IMG/VR virus record: IMGVR_UViG_3300045988_080839
Span: 1 to 60,599 of that record
From: a virus
DNA: 60,599 nucleotides
Reading direction: 5' to 3' (one strand)
Below, one piece after another: positions 41,863-51,091 of this stretch. The notes under the pieces are model-generated. The model was not told the DNA's origin and made no database searches. It saw only the letters and a list, made by a program, of their open reading frames with translations. Both the position numbers and the translations under genes were made by a program. Within the stretch, counting starts at the first letter, position 1. The number at the start of each line of letters is the position of its first letter.

Positions 41863-41871
41863 CTACCTTTA

Positions 41872-41904
41872 TGTCATGACATAATAATATAACTTGTCAT
41901 GACA
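41872..41904. promoter_or_regulatory. Two copies of the perfect palindrome TGTCATGACA
   Basis: 41872..41881 and 41895..41904, immediately upstream of the RHH gene. Confidence 0.6.
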
Positions 41905-41962
41905 AAAGTCAAGTATTATTTCAAAAGTTTTTAGCCATTATTTTATTTTCAAGGTTCTATTT

Positions 41963-41992
41963 AAAAAAGGCTAGAGTTATTAGCCCTAGCCT
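41963..41992 (-). terminator. Strong rho-independent terminator closing the cargo operon
   Basis: Minus strand: AGGCTAG-loop-CTAGCCT, then TTTTTT, 7 nt after the stop at 41999. Confidence 0.7.
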
Positions 41993-41998
41993 ATTTCC

Positions 41999-42670
41999 TT
42001 ACATCTTAGCCGCAAGTGTGGTAATCTTTGTCTTTGCCATTTGCCGCTCTTCTGGTGTCATATCTGCCAGTAATCCTGTCAAATCCTCTGACAGTTCTTT
42101 CAGATATTCTTCCAGACTGTGCATATTGGCTTCTTTGTCCTGCGGGGTAGTTCCCTTATGCATTTCTTTTGTTTCCATGTAGCCCTTACGCATCATGCCA
42201 GCTCTGCCCTCTCTGCTGTCTCTCATGTCGCCGTCTTTGTGCATGGGTTCTGTCTCGGTATAGTACATACGTCCCCTTGATGCCCTGTCAAGGTCACGCA
42301 TACGCTCACGTTCAGACATGGAATCCCAGTCTTGTAAATCTTCCCTGTTCATCATGTGCATATAAGGCGGTTCTTCATAGCCACGTCTGCCTACATAAGT
42401 TCCTCTGCCCTTTGGTGCATATCTGCCAGTGGTCTTATAACGGTAATCGTCATAAAATCTGCGGTCAAGCATTCCCAACACATCTTCTACGTCAGATTCT
42501 TCCATGATGTTTGTCAATGTGCGGTAATACATGGCTTCCGCAAGGTCTTTAAGCATATCTGTGACTTTTCCCATCTCATCCGTATTCACGTTCTCAATGC
42601 CTTTGTCAAATTCGGACTTTGCACATTCAGACAGTTTTTCAATCATATCATGCATTCTTTTGATATCCAT
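41999..42670 (-). CDS. Met/Arg/Asp/Tyr-rich protein (223 aa), cargo operon gene 5
   Basis: ORF track. Low-complexity middle (RRGYEEPPYMHMMNREDLQDWDSMSERERMRDLDRASRGRMYY). Confidence 0.6.
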   Translation of the reverse strand: MDIKRMHDMIEKLSECAKSEFDKGIENVNTDEMGKVTDMLKDLAEAMYYRTLTNIMEESDVEDVLGMLDRRFYDDYRYKTTGRYAPKGRGTYVGRRGYEEPPYMHMMNREDLQDWDSMSERERMRDLDRASRGRMYYTETEPMHKDGDMRDSREGRAGMMRKGYMETKEMHKGTTPQDKEANMHSLEEYLKELSEDLTGLLADMTPEERQMAKTKITTLAAKM

Positions 42671-42683
42671 AATATACGCCCCC

Positions 42684-43118
42684 TTATGCTTCCCTTGTTG
42701 CGATTAAGTTACTGTTCTGAACCTGTATTGTCTGTGCAGAAGTATTTTCAACAGATACTGTGCTACAGCATCCCCTTGGAACATCAATGTATGCCTGTGC
42801 GCTTACGTTGAAAAGATTCTCGACAGCCGCAGGGGTAACTATCATTTTTGTTGACTGCAACGGTTCTCCGTCTACAGAAATAGCAAGTGATATGGCATCC
42901 ACTGTACCGCCTGTCGGTATCTGTATATTCCCCGAATATCCCACAAGATATCTTGCCCTGCACTGGTTTGTAATTCCTCTTAATTTAATAATTCCACTGC
43001 CCTGTCTATGAACGATGCAATTTGTACCGTTTACCGCTGTTTCCGTAAAAGCTACATCCTGTCCAGCTTCTACTGTTTGTAATGCAATTGCTGTAATTTC
43101 CATAAAATTTACCTCCAT
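42684..43118 (-). CDS. Beta-rich protein resembling the C-terminal (TNF/C1q-like) domain of BclA-type exosporium proteins, cargo gene 4
   Basis: ORF track. Pattern V.F....V.G.....H..GSG.I.L.......Y.V.Y...I......D.I.L.I.V.G.....T........ENLFNVS....I.V....STV.V.N.S...I.V. Confidence 0.45.
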   Translation of the reverse strand: MEVNFMEITAIALQTVEAGQDVAFTETAVNGTNCIVHRQGSGIIKLRGITNQCRARYLVGYSGNIQIPTGGTVDAISLAISVDGEPLQSTKMIVTPAAVENLFNVSAQAYIDVPRGCCSTVSVENTSAQTIQVQNSNLIATREA

Positions 43119-43216
43119 AAAATTGAAAAGGGCAGACTATACTGTCTGCCCTTTAGTTTCCTGTAACACTGCTATGCGCAGACATAATCTTTGATTAAGT
43201 TACCGATATTCTGTTG

Positions 43217-43993
43217 TTAGCATCCACAGCCTGTATTACATCCACATCCGTTGTATGCATAACCGTAGAGGTTAGATGCAGGAAATGCTGGTACAGGTGT
43301 CGGTCTTACAGCATCAATAATCTGATTCGTCTGCGTAGCCATAGCGGTTGTCAGAAGTGCATTCTGTCTATCCTGTGAAGCGGCTCTGCGTAAATCATTA
43401 TTCTCTGCCTGTAAGGATGCGATCTTGTCATTGGTCAAGAAGTCAAGAATTGCTCTTGTTCCTGCCTGCTGGCTGTCGATAATGTCTCTTGTATTGCTGT
43501 TCATGGTGTTCTGCAAAGCACAGGTGTTAGTTGCTAAATTGTAATTAATTCCCTGGATAGCTTCACGGGTTTCACAGCAACAGTTAGCAAGCTGTGACTG
43601 CAAAGCATTGGTATTCTGCATATTAGCGACCGTATCAGCGTTGATCGCCTGCTGAATGCCGAATCCGGTCTGCAAAATGTTTGTGTTGATGCCATTCATG
43701 CCGTTTTGCACTGCATAAAATCCGTCACAAAGTCCGTTTGTAATGCCATCAAGTTTTGACACAACCGCCTGATTATCAAATCCGCGCTGAATTTCGCTTC
43801 CGACACCGCCATTCATTCCGTTTCCTCCAAATCCGTTACCGAATCCACCCCATCCAAAGATAGCGAAGATAACGATAATGAACCATAACCATGAGCCTTC
43901 TGCGCCCCATCCGTTGTTATTTCCATTACCGTCAATATTCGCGACTAATGGAACGGATGCACAATTGTTTGAAAACATACTTTTTACCTCCAT
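43217..43993 (-). CDS. Gly/Asn-rich single-TM protein with an Asn/Gln-rich helical region and a Cys-rich C-terminus, cargo gene 3
   Basis: ORF track. GSWLWFIIVIFAIFGWGGFGNGFGGNGMNGG, an internal CCC, and a C-terminal NGCGCNTGCGC. Confidence 0.6.
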   Translation of the reverse strand: MEVKSMFSNNCASVPLVANIDGNGNNNGWGAEGSWLWFIIVIFAIFGWGGFGNGFGGNGMNGGVGSEIQRGFDNQAVVSKLDGITNGLCDGFYAVQNGMNGINTNILQTGFGIQQAINADTVANMQNTNALQSQLANCCCETREAIQGINYNLATNTCALQNTMNSNTRDIIDSQQAGTRAILDFLTNDKIASLQAENNDLRRAASQDRQNALLTTAMATQTNQIIDAVRPTPVPAFPASNLYGYAYNGCGCNTGCGC

Positions 43994-44026
43994 TAAATTT
44001 ATTTCTAATCTTGCAAGAATTAGCTT

Positions 44027-44263
44027 TTATAAATTAAACTGTTTTTTAATTTGGTTCATTGCTTCATCAGGATTCAATCCCTTTTCTTTGCACAGATTCC
44101 TAGCCATCTGCTCAATGCCCTTGGAGTCTCCGTTCTGCGCCATCTGTATGGCATTCTTGGCTATTGGATTCTGCATTAATTGGCTGTTACCCATAAGCTG
44201 TTGTACCATCTGCTGTGGATTTCCACTTTTCATCATTTGCATTAACTGCATTGGATTAAACAT
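44027..44263 (-). CDS. Met/Gln-rich small protein (78 aa), cargo gene 2
   Basis: ORF track. MFNPMQLMQMMKSGNPQQMVQQLMGNSQLMQNP. Confidence 0.55.
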   Translation of the reverse strand: MFNPMQLMQMMKSGNPQQMVQQLMGNSQLMQNPIAKNAIQMAQNGDSKGIEQMARNLCKEKGLNPDEAMNQIKKQFNL

Positions 44264-44265
44264 AC

Positions 44266-44754
44266 TTAATCATCCTTTCTTTGCGTCTGTGAAGTTTTTC
44301 TTTGGGATTGCAAAGATTTTTCTAACTGCCCCAGCCTGTCAGATATTTCATCAAACTTGCTCATAATACCCTCTGTAGCTTCGTCAGAAAGCTCACATTT
44401 CAATTTTTCTGTATCGGTCGGTACATTTTTAAGCTCATTGTCCAAAACAGGCTTATAAGTAACTGTGCGGATTGTACCGTCTGCATTCCAGCTCTTGGCG
44501 TATACTTCTGACAGGTCCTGCTTTGGAAAAAACGCAACACTACCGTCCATAGGTACATCATTTGCTGTTATCTGACTCATCTCTGTAATTATTTTTCCGT
44601 TAATTCCCTGTACAATCTGATTCTGCTGGTAATTGTTTGGTGTGTTCTGCTGATAATCTATTGCTCTATTTTGCACCTGTGCCAGTGGGTTATAATACTG
44701 CGGATAGACCTGCTGGTTCTGCTGTAGGTAATATGGATTCACATACGGTTGCAT
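44266..44754 (-). CDS. Protein with a Gln/Asn/Tyr/Pro-rich N-terminus (162 aa), cargo gene 1
   Basis: ORF track. MQPYVNPYYLQQNQQVYPQYYNPLAQVQNRAIDYQQNTPNNYQQNQ followed by a globular domain. Confidence 0.6.
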   Translation of the reverse strand: MQPYVNPYYLQQNQQVYPQYYNPLAQVQNRAIDYQQNTPNNYQQNQIVQGINGKIITEMSQITANDVPMDGSVAFFPKQDLSEVYAKSWNADGTIRTVTYKPVLDNELKNVPTDTEKLKCELSDEATEGIMSKFDEISDRLGQLEKSLQSQRKTSQTQRKDD

Positions 44755-45180
44755 ATTGGTTCTCCTTTTTCAACTTTTCAGTCTCATATAATATGTTCGT
44801 ATCATCATAAGATAGGTATTTAGTGATCTGTTCCTGCTGGTTGCATATTCTCATTAACATCTTTTAATACTTCCTGTATCGCATGTGTCATGGCTACTTG
44901 ATAGATTGTCGGTATCGCCTGTACATCTTCCCTTGCGCATAACTTCTCTATGATTTCGTCCGTTTCAATATTCATGGGTTCTATTCCTCCCTTTGATTTA
45001 AGTGTAAAATAAAAAAAGCCACTATAAGTGACAAATAAATGCCATTATAGTGACTCTAAAGTGTAGTAAATATGCGCATTAGCACTAACCCCATTCCATG
45101 GGTATGGCGTTACGTTACTGATAATAAAAGTTTCCTATATTAGCAGTAACAATATTCCATCGGATAGCATTATGTATGTG

Positions 45181-46542
45181 CTAAAAATCTTTCAATCTTA
45201 TTTCAATATTTCCATTGCTAACTATTATTTTTTCGATTATACTTTTCAGTAAAGTGTTTTTCTGTTTCTTGTCGATATCAGCCCAGATATCGGCGAGATT
45301 TTTTATGTTCTTAAATACATTTTGTCTAGTTTTATTTGTTTCTATTGCAGATTCTTCCTTGATCTGTTCACGGATATCTTCTATTACTTTCTCAATTTCT
45401 TTAATCATGCTGATAACATCATCATTGCCCTCTGCATACAGGTTATATAACCTTTTACGCTTAGTCTGCTCTTTTTCTAATTGCCCTTGCAATATTTCCA
45501 ACTTGGACTCTTTTACTCTTGGCTTATATTCTGATATATTAGCAGATATTAAAAGTATTTCGTCCTCTACAGCTTTTTCAATATCCGAAGCCCATTCCAA
45601 TGTATTATTACAATTTGGATTGTGGTTAGGAAGATAATGCAAGTCCTTATTTCTGGAACAGCAGTAAATCTTATGCTTTCCATGCGTCCACTTCTGATAT
45701 CTCATAGCGCATCCGCACACGCCGCAATAGCATAAGCCTGTAAGAAGATTAGTTTGTAAGTTGTTGCAATTTACCCTCTTTTTGCTCCTGTTTCTTCTGA
45801 ACTGTTGTGCTTTTTCAAAGGTTTCTTTATCAAAAATAGGTTCATGCAATCCTTGATATAGTTTACCCTTATACGGTATCATTCCAATGTTTACAGGGCT
45901 TGTGAGTACCTGCTTCACAACAAATTCGCTTTTAAATCCTAACATATCACGGATTTTTACGTCTGAATACCCCTGCAAGAATAAGTCCATAGCCCTGTTA
46001 GCCTGTTCTTTTCTCTCCGGAATCGGTATAAGCGTTCCTGTTTCCTTGCTGTAGTTATAGCAGTAAGGTGTATTGCCACCGCCCATCCAGTAACCTTTTT
46101 TGACACGTTCTAACATACCGCCACGCATTCTAAGTAACATGGTATTCTTGTCTAGTTGTGCGAATACCGCCATCATTTGAGTGTACGCCTGCTCCATTGG
46201 GTTATCATAGCTGATACTATCATGTACACATTTAAACTCTACGTTATTCTTTAAAAACACACGCTCAATCAGATAGATACCGTCTACCATGCTACGTGAT
46301 ATTCTGTCAAGCTTAAACGCAACAACATAGTTTACACGCTTACGATCACAGTCTGATACAAGCCTTTGCAATTCTGGTCTGTCCATATTTGCGCCTGTAT
46401 ACCCATCATCAATGTACCAATCTGTAATTACCAGTTCATTTTTTCTGCAATAGTTTTCAATATCTCTCCTTTGGCTGTCTAATCCGTTTCCTTCTTCTGC
46501 CTGTTTCTCCGTAGAAACACGCATGTATGCGACACATTCCAT
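45181..46542 (-). CDS. Large serine recombinase (integrase)
   Basis: ORF track 45181..46596. Start moved to MECVAYMRVSTEKQ (GGAGGAATAAGA RBS). Resolvase catalytic block YMRVSTEKQ...LDSQ...DDGYTGANMDRPELQRL, a Cys-rich recombinase/zinc domain and a coiled coil. Confidence 0.85.
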   Translation of the reverse strand: MECVAYMRVSTEKQAEEGNGLDSQRRDIENYCRKNELVITDWYIDDGYTGANMDRPELQRLVSDCDRKRVNYVVAFKLDRISRSMVDGIYLIERVFLKNNVEFKCVHDSISYDNPMEQAYTQMMAVFAQLDKNTMLLRMRGGMLERVKKGYWMGGGNTPYCYNYSKETGTLIPIPERKEQANRAMDLFLQGYSDVKIRDMLGFKSEFVVKQVLTSPVNIGMIPYKGKLYQGLHEPIFDKETFEKAQQFRRNRSKKRVNCNNLQTNLLTGLCYCGVCGCAMRYQKWTHGKHKIYCCSRNKDLHYLPNHNPNCNNTLEWASDIEKAVEDEILLISANISEYKPRVKESKLEILQGQLEKEQTKRKRLYNLYAEGNDDVISMIKEIEKVIEDIREQIKEESAIETNKTRQNVFKNIKNLADIWADIDKKQKNTLLKSIIEKIIVSNGNIEIRLKDF

Positions 46543-46619
46543 TCTTATTCCTCCATCAGATATAAAAGAATGCGCCATATTTACTACATGACGCATTCTA
46601 CACTATTATATTTTTTTCG

Positions 46620-46718
46620 TCAATTAATCAGCTCCGCAATAAGCTTTAGTACTTCTGGTGGAAGAACTACGTCCTCTGGATTAATTTCTTTCCCATTCTG
46701 CGTAAGCACAACTGTCAT
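46620..46718 (-). CDS. Small protein (32 aa) just upstream of the recombinase gene
   Basis: Below the cutoff. CGGAGGTTTGTCTAT RBS. ATGA overlap with the upstream stop. MTVVLTQNGKEINPEDVVLPPEVLKLIAELIN. Confidence 0.45.
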   Translation of the reverse strand: MTVVLTQNGKEINPEDVVLPPEVLKLIAELIN

Positions 46719-46927
46719 ATAGACAAACCTCCGATTCTATTTATTTTTGATTTTATTTTTTCAATTCTTCGGCTAACTGTGCGATTACACGCATTTGTCT
46801 TTTGCGCTATTTCTGTAATAGTCTTTCCTTTTGTCAACATTTTAAACACTAACAGCTCTTCTTCTGTAAAATTTGCGTTTTCAGTGATGCTTTCAAGTTC
46901 TGGTCTTGTAAACTCTGAAAAACGCAC
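46715..46927 (-). CDS. Sigma-70 region-4 / LuxR-type HTH protein (70 aa)
   Basis: ORF track. EEELLVFKMLTKGKTITEIAQKTNACNRTVSRRIEKIKSKI. Confidence 0.6.
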   Translation of the reverse strand: MRFSEFTRPELESITENANFTEEELLVFKMLTKGKTITEIAQKTNACNRTVSRRIEKIKSKINRIGGLSI

Positions 46928-46946
46928 TTATTAGTTCACTCCTTTT

Positions 46947-47117
46947 CTATTTTATTTTTGCACATTCATTACAGTAAAATGCATCCTCAATACCATAATA
47001 AACGCCATTTTCATAACTTCCTTTAATGCAACGTATTTTTCCGTCCTGACCTCTCTGCTCTGTCAAAATGTATTTCCCACACTTCTTGCAATTAATATCC
47101 TGTTTTTCTGATTTCAT
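46947..47117 (-). CDS. Zinc-ribbon protein (56 aa)
   Basis: Below the cutoff. GGAGATAATTTT RBS. CKKCG...CNEC. Confidence 0.5.
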   Translation of the reverse strand: MKSEKQDINCKKCGKYILTEQRGQDGKIRCIKGSYENGVYYGIEDAFYCNECAKIK

Positions 47118-47140
47118 AAAATTATCTCCTAAATCTCAGT

Positions 47141-47560
47141 TTAATACCAAATCATCATTCTTCGTTTTTTATAACATTCTTTAAGAAAAAGTTTTAAATG
47201 TTCATAATCTTTTCCATCTGAATATGCTGCATACGTAAATATTTTACCAGTAAAATCAATGTCTTTGATAAGGTTATATATCTTTCCACAAGTCTTATAT
47301 CCGCACTTTCCTTCACAATCAGATTGAAATAGAAAGTCAGCAATATCTTTATCCTCATTTTTAAAGCGATCATCTGCTAAAATACTATTTATTCGATCGT
47401 TGTATTTTTTTGAATCTAATATAGCCATGCTCGTATTGGCATACACTTCTCCTAATTCTTTATCCCAAGCACTTGCGATATTGGCTCTTAAATTATTAAA
47501 ACCGATATATCCCATATCAAATGAATAATCAGATTTTTTACTTGTTAAACACACTCCCAT
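47141..47560 (-). CDS. Hypothetical protein (139 aa)
   Basis: ORF track 47141..47686. Start moved to MGVCLTSKKSDY. Confidence 0.5.
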   Translation of the reverse strand: MGVCLTSKKSDYSFDMGYIGFNNLRANIASAWDKELGEVYANTSMAILDSKKYNDRINSILADDRFKNEDKDIADFLFQSDCEGKCGYKTCGKIYNLIKDIDFTGKIFTYAAYSDGKDYEHLKLFLKECYKKRRMMIWY

Positions 47561-47606
47561 TTCATTGTTCCTTTCTGTGCCAAATCCATATTCTATGACG
47601 AATCCA

Positions 47607-47990
47607 CTAATTACCTCTTGTCCAACCCTGTATATGTACAGGATCAAACGCTTGCATGCACTTGGGACACATTGGAAACAAACCATTACGATACTTACTT
47701 TCCATATCCCTAAAAACTTTATTCCTTCTCATTCTTTGAAATTCCTCGTCTGCCAACTTAGCATAACTCTGTGCCTTAGATAACATTCGTTGTTGCGTTT
47801 TCTCAATCTCTTCATACCTTCCTGCCAAGGATACAAGCGCATCAAATGCGTTCACGATAGCTCCGCAATCTTGGCAAGTAACTATCCGGTTCGTAGTATC
47901 TACTTCATAATGTGCCGGATTGCATTTGCAAATTTTACCTCTGGCACGATTGATTCTTACAAACTCAAAAGATACTATGTCACTCTTCAT
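47607..47990 (-). CDS. Hypothetical zinc-finger protein (127 aa)
   Basis: ORF track. CKC...CQDCG...CPKC. Confidence 0.55.
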   Translation of the reverse strand: MKSDIVSFEFVRINRARGKICKCNPAHYEVDTTNRIVTCQDCGAIVNAFDALVSLAGRYEEIEKTQQRMLSKAQSYAKLADEEFQRMRRNKVFRDMESKYRNGLFPMCPKCMQAFDPVHIQGWTRGN

Positions 47991-48002
47991 AAGCGTTACT
48001 CC

Positions 48003-48200
48003 TTAAATTTCAATTCTATTTACCAAGTATTTAATTTCCTTTTCATACATTACTTTACCAATGTCTGTAGCTGCACAATAAGGATTATTAAAATGATTAT
48101 CAATTGCATTTAAGATTTTTGATTTATATTCCTCCATTTCCTTATTAACAATTGCGGTAATCATCACATCTAAACTAGGATTATCCATATATTTACCCAT
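48003..48200 (-). CDS. Hypothetical protein (65 aa)
   Basis: ORF track. Confidence 0.5.
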   Translation of the reverse strand: MGKYMDNPSLDVMITAIVNKEMEEYKSKILNAIDNHFNNPYCAATDIGKVMYEKEIKYLVNRIEI

Positions 48201-48244
48201 AATAATATTCTCCTTTCAATTCCGCATAAAAACTTGGTTTCTTG

Positions 48245-48454
48245 TTACTCTATATCCCGACAATATTCATACTTTCCATTTTCAAAATCATTAACAAAAG
48301 TAGCCGTAATGTCGTTACCATAATTTAATTCATCAAGCGTTGTTCCATCACCACTACGAAGTTCATCAACATCATATCCTTTACTTTCAAAATAATTATT
48401 GATTTCTCTATCAAGCATAGCTGCTTGTAAAGTCAGTTGTGCTAATTTATGCAT
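48245..48454 (-). CDS. Hypothetical protein (69 aa)
   Basis: ORF track. Confidence 0.5.
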   Translation of the reverse strand: MHKLAQLTLQAAMLDREINNYFESKGYDVDELRSGDGTTLDELNYGNDITATFVNDFENGKYEYCRDIE

Positions 48455-48605
48455 TTTCCTTGTATATCTTTAGATATCCTCATAATTTCTCAACTCCAAT
48501 CTTCCAATGAAACTATTATTTATTCTTCAATACTCACTATCATATCTACTTTCAATCACCATACCAACAAGCAGAACAATCACAGTCAGTACAGCTTTCC
48601 ATGCA

Positions 48606-49013
48606 TCATTCATTTTTCACAACCTCCCAGTCGATTCTCTGACCGCACATTCTACAATAGTTAAACAGAAAATCACCGATTTTTAAATTTCCACTGCAAA
48701 TAGGGCAATGATAGTATCTAGTATGAAATAACTTATTTTCTTCTACCACTGGTTTTCTTGCTTCCATTTTACTTCTAGCCGATAATAGGGAATCGAAAGT
48801 AAATCCCATCTCCACGCATTCATCCTCAAACTGTATATATTCTCTAATATGGTCGATTGTCAGATTGCGTTTAGATAGTTCAGCTTCAAGGTCTTTGTAT
48901 TTCTGTACTGTTTCAAGCGCCTGTATTGCCATATCTAATGCTTCGTTCAAAATATAATAACCGCTTGTAGGCTTGTTATCTTTTATTGCCTTGATTGCTT
49001 CATTCTCCGTCAT
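48606..49013 (-). CDS. Hypothetical protein with a C-terminal zinc ribbon (135 aa)
   Basis: ORF track. CPICSG...CRMCG. Confidence 0.55.
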   Translation of the reverse strand: MTENEAIKAIKDNKPTSGYYILNEALDMAIQALETVQKYKDLEAELSKRNLTIDHIREYIQFEDECVEMGFTFDSLLSARSKMEARKPVVEENKLFHTRYYHCPICSGNLKIGDFLFNYCRMCGQRIDWEVVKNE

Positions 49014-49296
49014 TCATTCCACCGCCTTTCACAATCTCGATTGCTTCTTTCAGCACTTCAACAGCTTTTCTTTGCTGAAATTCTTCTGTTATCGTTCCGT
49101 TTTTCTTTTCATATTCAATACAACGTTCATGCGTCTGTATTCTCTTCTCCAACTGTTCCACAACCTTTTCTGCATCATAAGCCGTCGGATATTCTTCTAG
49201 TAAATACAATACTGCATTTGTATTTACTAAAGTTCCATTGCTTAAAGTAACCGATTTTAAATCTTTCTTTAGTGCATCTACATCAATCAGTCTCAT
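49000..49296 (-). CDS. Hypothetical protein (98 aa)
   Basis: ORF track. Confidence 0.55.
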   Translation of the reverse strand: MRLIDVDALKKDLKSVTLSNGTLVNTNAVLYLLEEYPTAYDAEKVVEQLEKRIQTHERCIEYEKKNGTITEEFQQRKAVEVLKEAIEIVKGGGMNDGE

Positions 49297-49302
49297 TGTT
49301 TT

Positions 49303-49830
49303 TCATCTCCTCTTACTCTCCAAATACGCCGCCGCATCTTCATGTCCTGCCAGTCTAAGCGCATTAATGATACCTGTTACCTTGTCCACATTTCCAGCTC
49401 TTGCATTCTGTTTATCTGCCATATCCGTTGCAAGTGTTGCCTTGATTACGTCCAGCCCCAAGTTATACTTCTGTTTTAACTCAACCGCATAATCTTCCAG
49501 TGTCACATAATGCTCACCCATGTAGTCAAGGCTCATAAGATTAGCTGTAGCCTTGTCAAATTCGGTCATAAACTGCTGTAACCTCTTCTGTCCAAATCCA
49601 AAAGTATCATGTAACACCCATACAACCGTAGTAAGCATGTTCTGTCCGATATTATCAGACAGTGCGCCCCACATATCAGCTAGTTGTTTATCGGATGCAG
49701 TTATGTCTACCTTTGTCACACCACGTTGTTTTACGGTCTTTACAAGTGCTTCTACACCCTGCTCCTGGGCAAGTCTGCAAGCGTAGACCATGCCCTGCAT
49801 ACGCTGTTCAAATCCTTTATCTCTTGCCAT
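49303..49830 (-). CDS. Hypothetical protein (175 aa)
   Basis: ORF track. Confidence 0.55.
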   Translation of the reverse strand: MARDKGFEQRMQGMVYACRLAQEQGVEALVKTVKQRGVTKVDITASDKQLADMWGALSDNIGQNMLTTVVWVLHDTFGFGQKRLQQFMTEFDKATANLMSLDYMGEHYVTLEDYAVELKQKYNLGLDVIKATLATDMADKQNARAGNVDKVTGIINALRLAGHEDAAAYLESKRR

Positions 49831-49856
49831 TTTATCAACTACTTACTCACTCTGAA

Positions 49857-50132
49857 TCACTCGATTTCTTTTCTCTTAAAATCCTCACAAGACACATTAA
49901 GCAAGCAACCGCACTGCTCAATTTCTGTCGTTCCCCAATACGTCTTGTATCTGTAAGAGTTTCCACATTTAAAGCAGAAATCCTTACCATTGTTCAATTT
50001 GCAACTTGTCTTTTTATCTTCCAACTTTTTCCCGATACTCTCGTTTATCCTTTTGAGTTCTTCGACCTTTTTCTGCATTTCCTCAAAATCGTCAATGAGT
50101 TTATTGTATTTCTTCTTGCTTAAAATCTTCAC
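49857..50132 (-). CDS. Hypothetical protein (91 aa)
   Basis: ORF track. Confidence 0.5.
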   Translation of the reverse strand: MKILSKKKYNKLIDDFEEMQKKVEELKRINESIGKKLEDKKTSCKLNNGKDFCFKCGNSYRYKTYWGTTEIEQCGCLLNVSCEDFKRKEIE

Positions 50133-50147
50133 CCTGTTTCGCTCCTT

Positions 50148-50891
50148 TCAATTCAAACTCAAATAACACATAATTCCACAATCCGGCATAATCTCTGTAT
50201 TCATATCTCCCCTGTTCGGGTCTAATTCATCCAGATATACCGGACCGTTTTTGTCTTTCAACATGGAGTGTCCTACTTCTCTTTCCAACTTCGCCCGACT
50301 TTCGAATACCTCCGGGAAATCTTTTCGAATCCGATTCCAATATCCCATACCGCCCTTGACGCATCCGATACAGTTATTGTTCGGATAGCCAAGGTCATAC
50401 ATCAAAGGTCGGGCAAAATCAAAAGTCCGTTCAAATAGTCCATGCACTTCTTCCTTAGACAAGCATTTGTCAATAAGTGGAAACTCATGATTTGCTTGCG
50501 GATTGGCTTCGATGGTTCGTTCTGCTCGGTTCTTCTCTTTCAAGTCAAATCCCCACACATAAGTCAATTCACAATCTTTGTGCTGTTCTTCCCACTCCTT
50601 GCGGACACGCTTTTTTAACCAGTTTGTGCACGGTGCAAAGTTGTTACTAGGATTTCTAAAACCACCAAAAACCTTTACACAATCTTCGACACTCTTATAT
50701 TCTGTACTACTTAAAATTTCAATTTTCTTTCCGATTGCTTTCTCACAATCTTTGATAAATCTGATACTGTCGGGATGTTGGTCGGCAATGTCAATATAAA
50801 TCCATTTATCAACATCCCCTGCTAAATATCCCGCCATAAAACTTGATATTCCTGCACTTATCCAACATACCTTTAGTTTATTTTTTGCCAT
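50148..50891 (-). CDS. PP-loop / PAPS-reductase-like (adenine nucleotide alpha-hydrolase superfamily) protein
   Basis: ORF track. N-terminal KVCWISAGISSFMAGY resembles a degenerate SGGxDS PP-loop. A conserved-looking NNCIGCVKGGMGYW block. Confidence 0.5.
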   Translation of the reverse strand: MAKNKLKVCWISAGISSFMAGYLAGDVDKWIYIDIADQHPDSIRFIKDCEKAIGKKIEILSSTEYKSVEDCVKVFGGFRNPSNNFAPCTNWLKKRVRKEWEEQHKDCELTYVWGFDLKEKNRAERTIEANPQANHEFPLIDKCLSKEEVHGLFERTFDFARPLMYDLGYPNNNCIGCVKGGMGYWNRIRKDFPEVFESRAKLEREVGHSMLKDKNGPVYLDELDPNRGDMNTEIMPDCGIMCYLSLN

Positions 50892-51091
50892 AACACCACG
50901 CTACAAATCCATATATCGAGGATAAGGAATATAGGCTTACCATGCTGACGGTCTGAAACTCACATAAGTCAAATATGCTATATGTGCGCTACTTCAAATT
51001 CCACCTTATCGAATCATCAACGCTACTATTATTCCCTTTATGCAAAATCTTTGACACCTTTAAGTTGCAACCTCGGTTTACCGAGGATTCG

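Noticed and set aside
44820-44976. Small minus-strand ORF after the recombinase gene (MNIETDEIIEKL...)
   Set aside because: It has a good RBS (GGGAGGAATAGAACCC). However, the protein-like continuation (...AREDVQAIPTIYQVAMTHAIQEVLKDVNENMQPAGTDH) is in another frame, behind a TAA. The in-frame product is a 40-aa Cys/Ser/Asp-rich peptide. It is too ambiguous to call and may be a frameshifted remnant.
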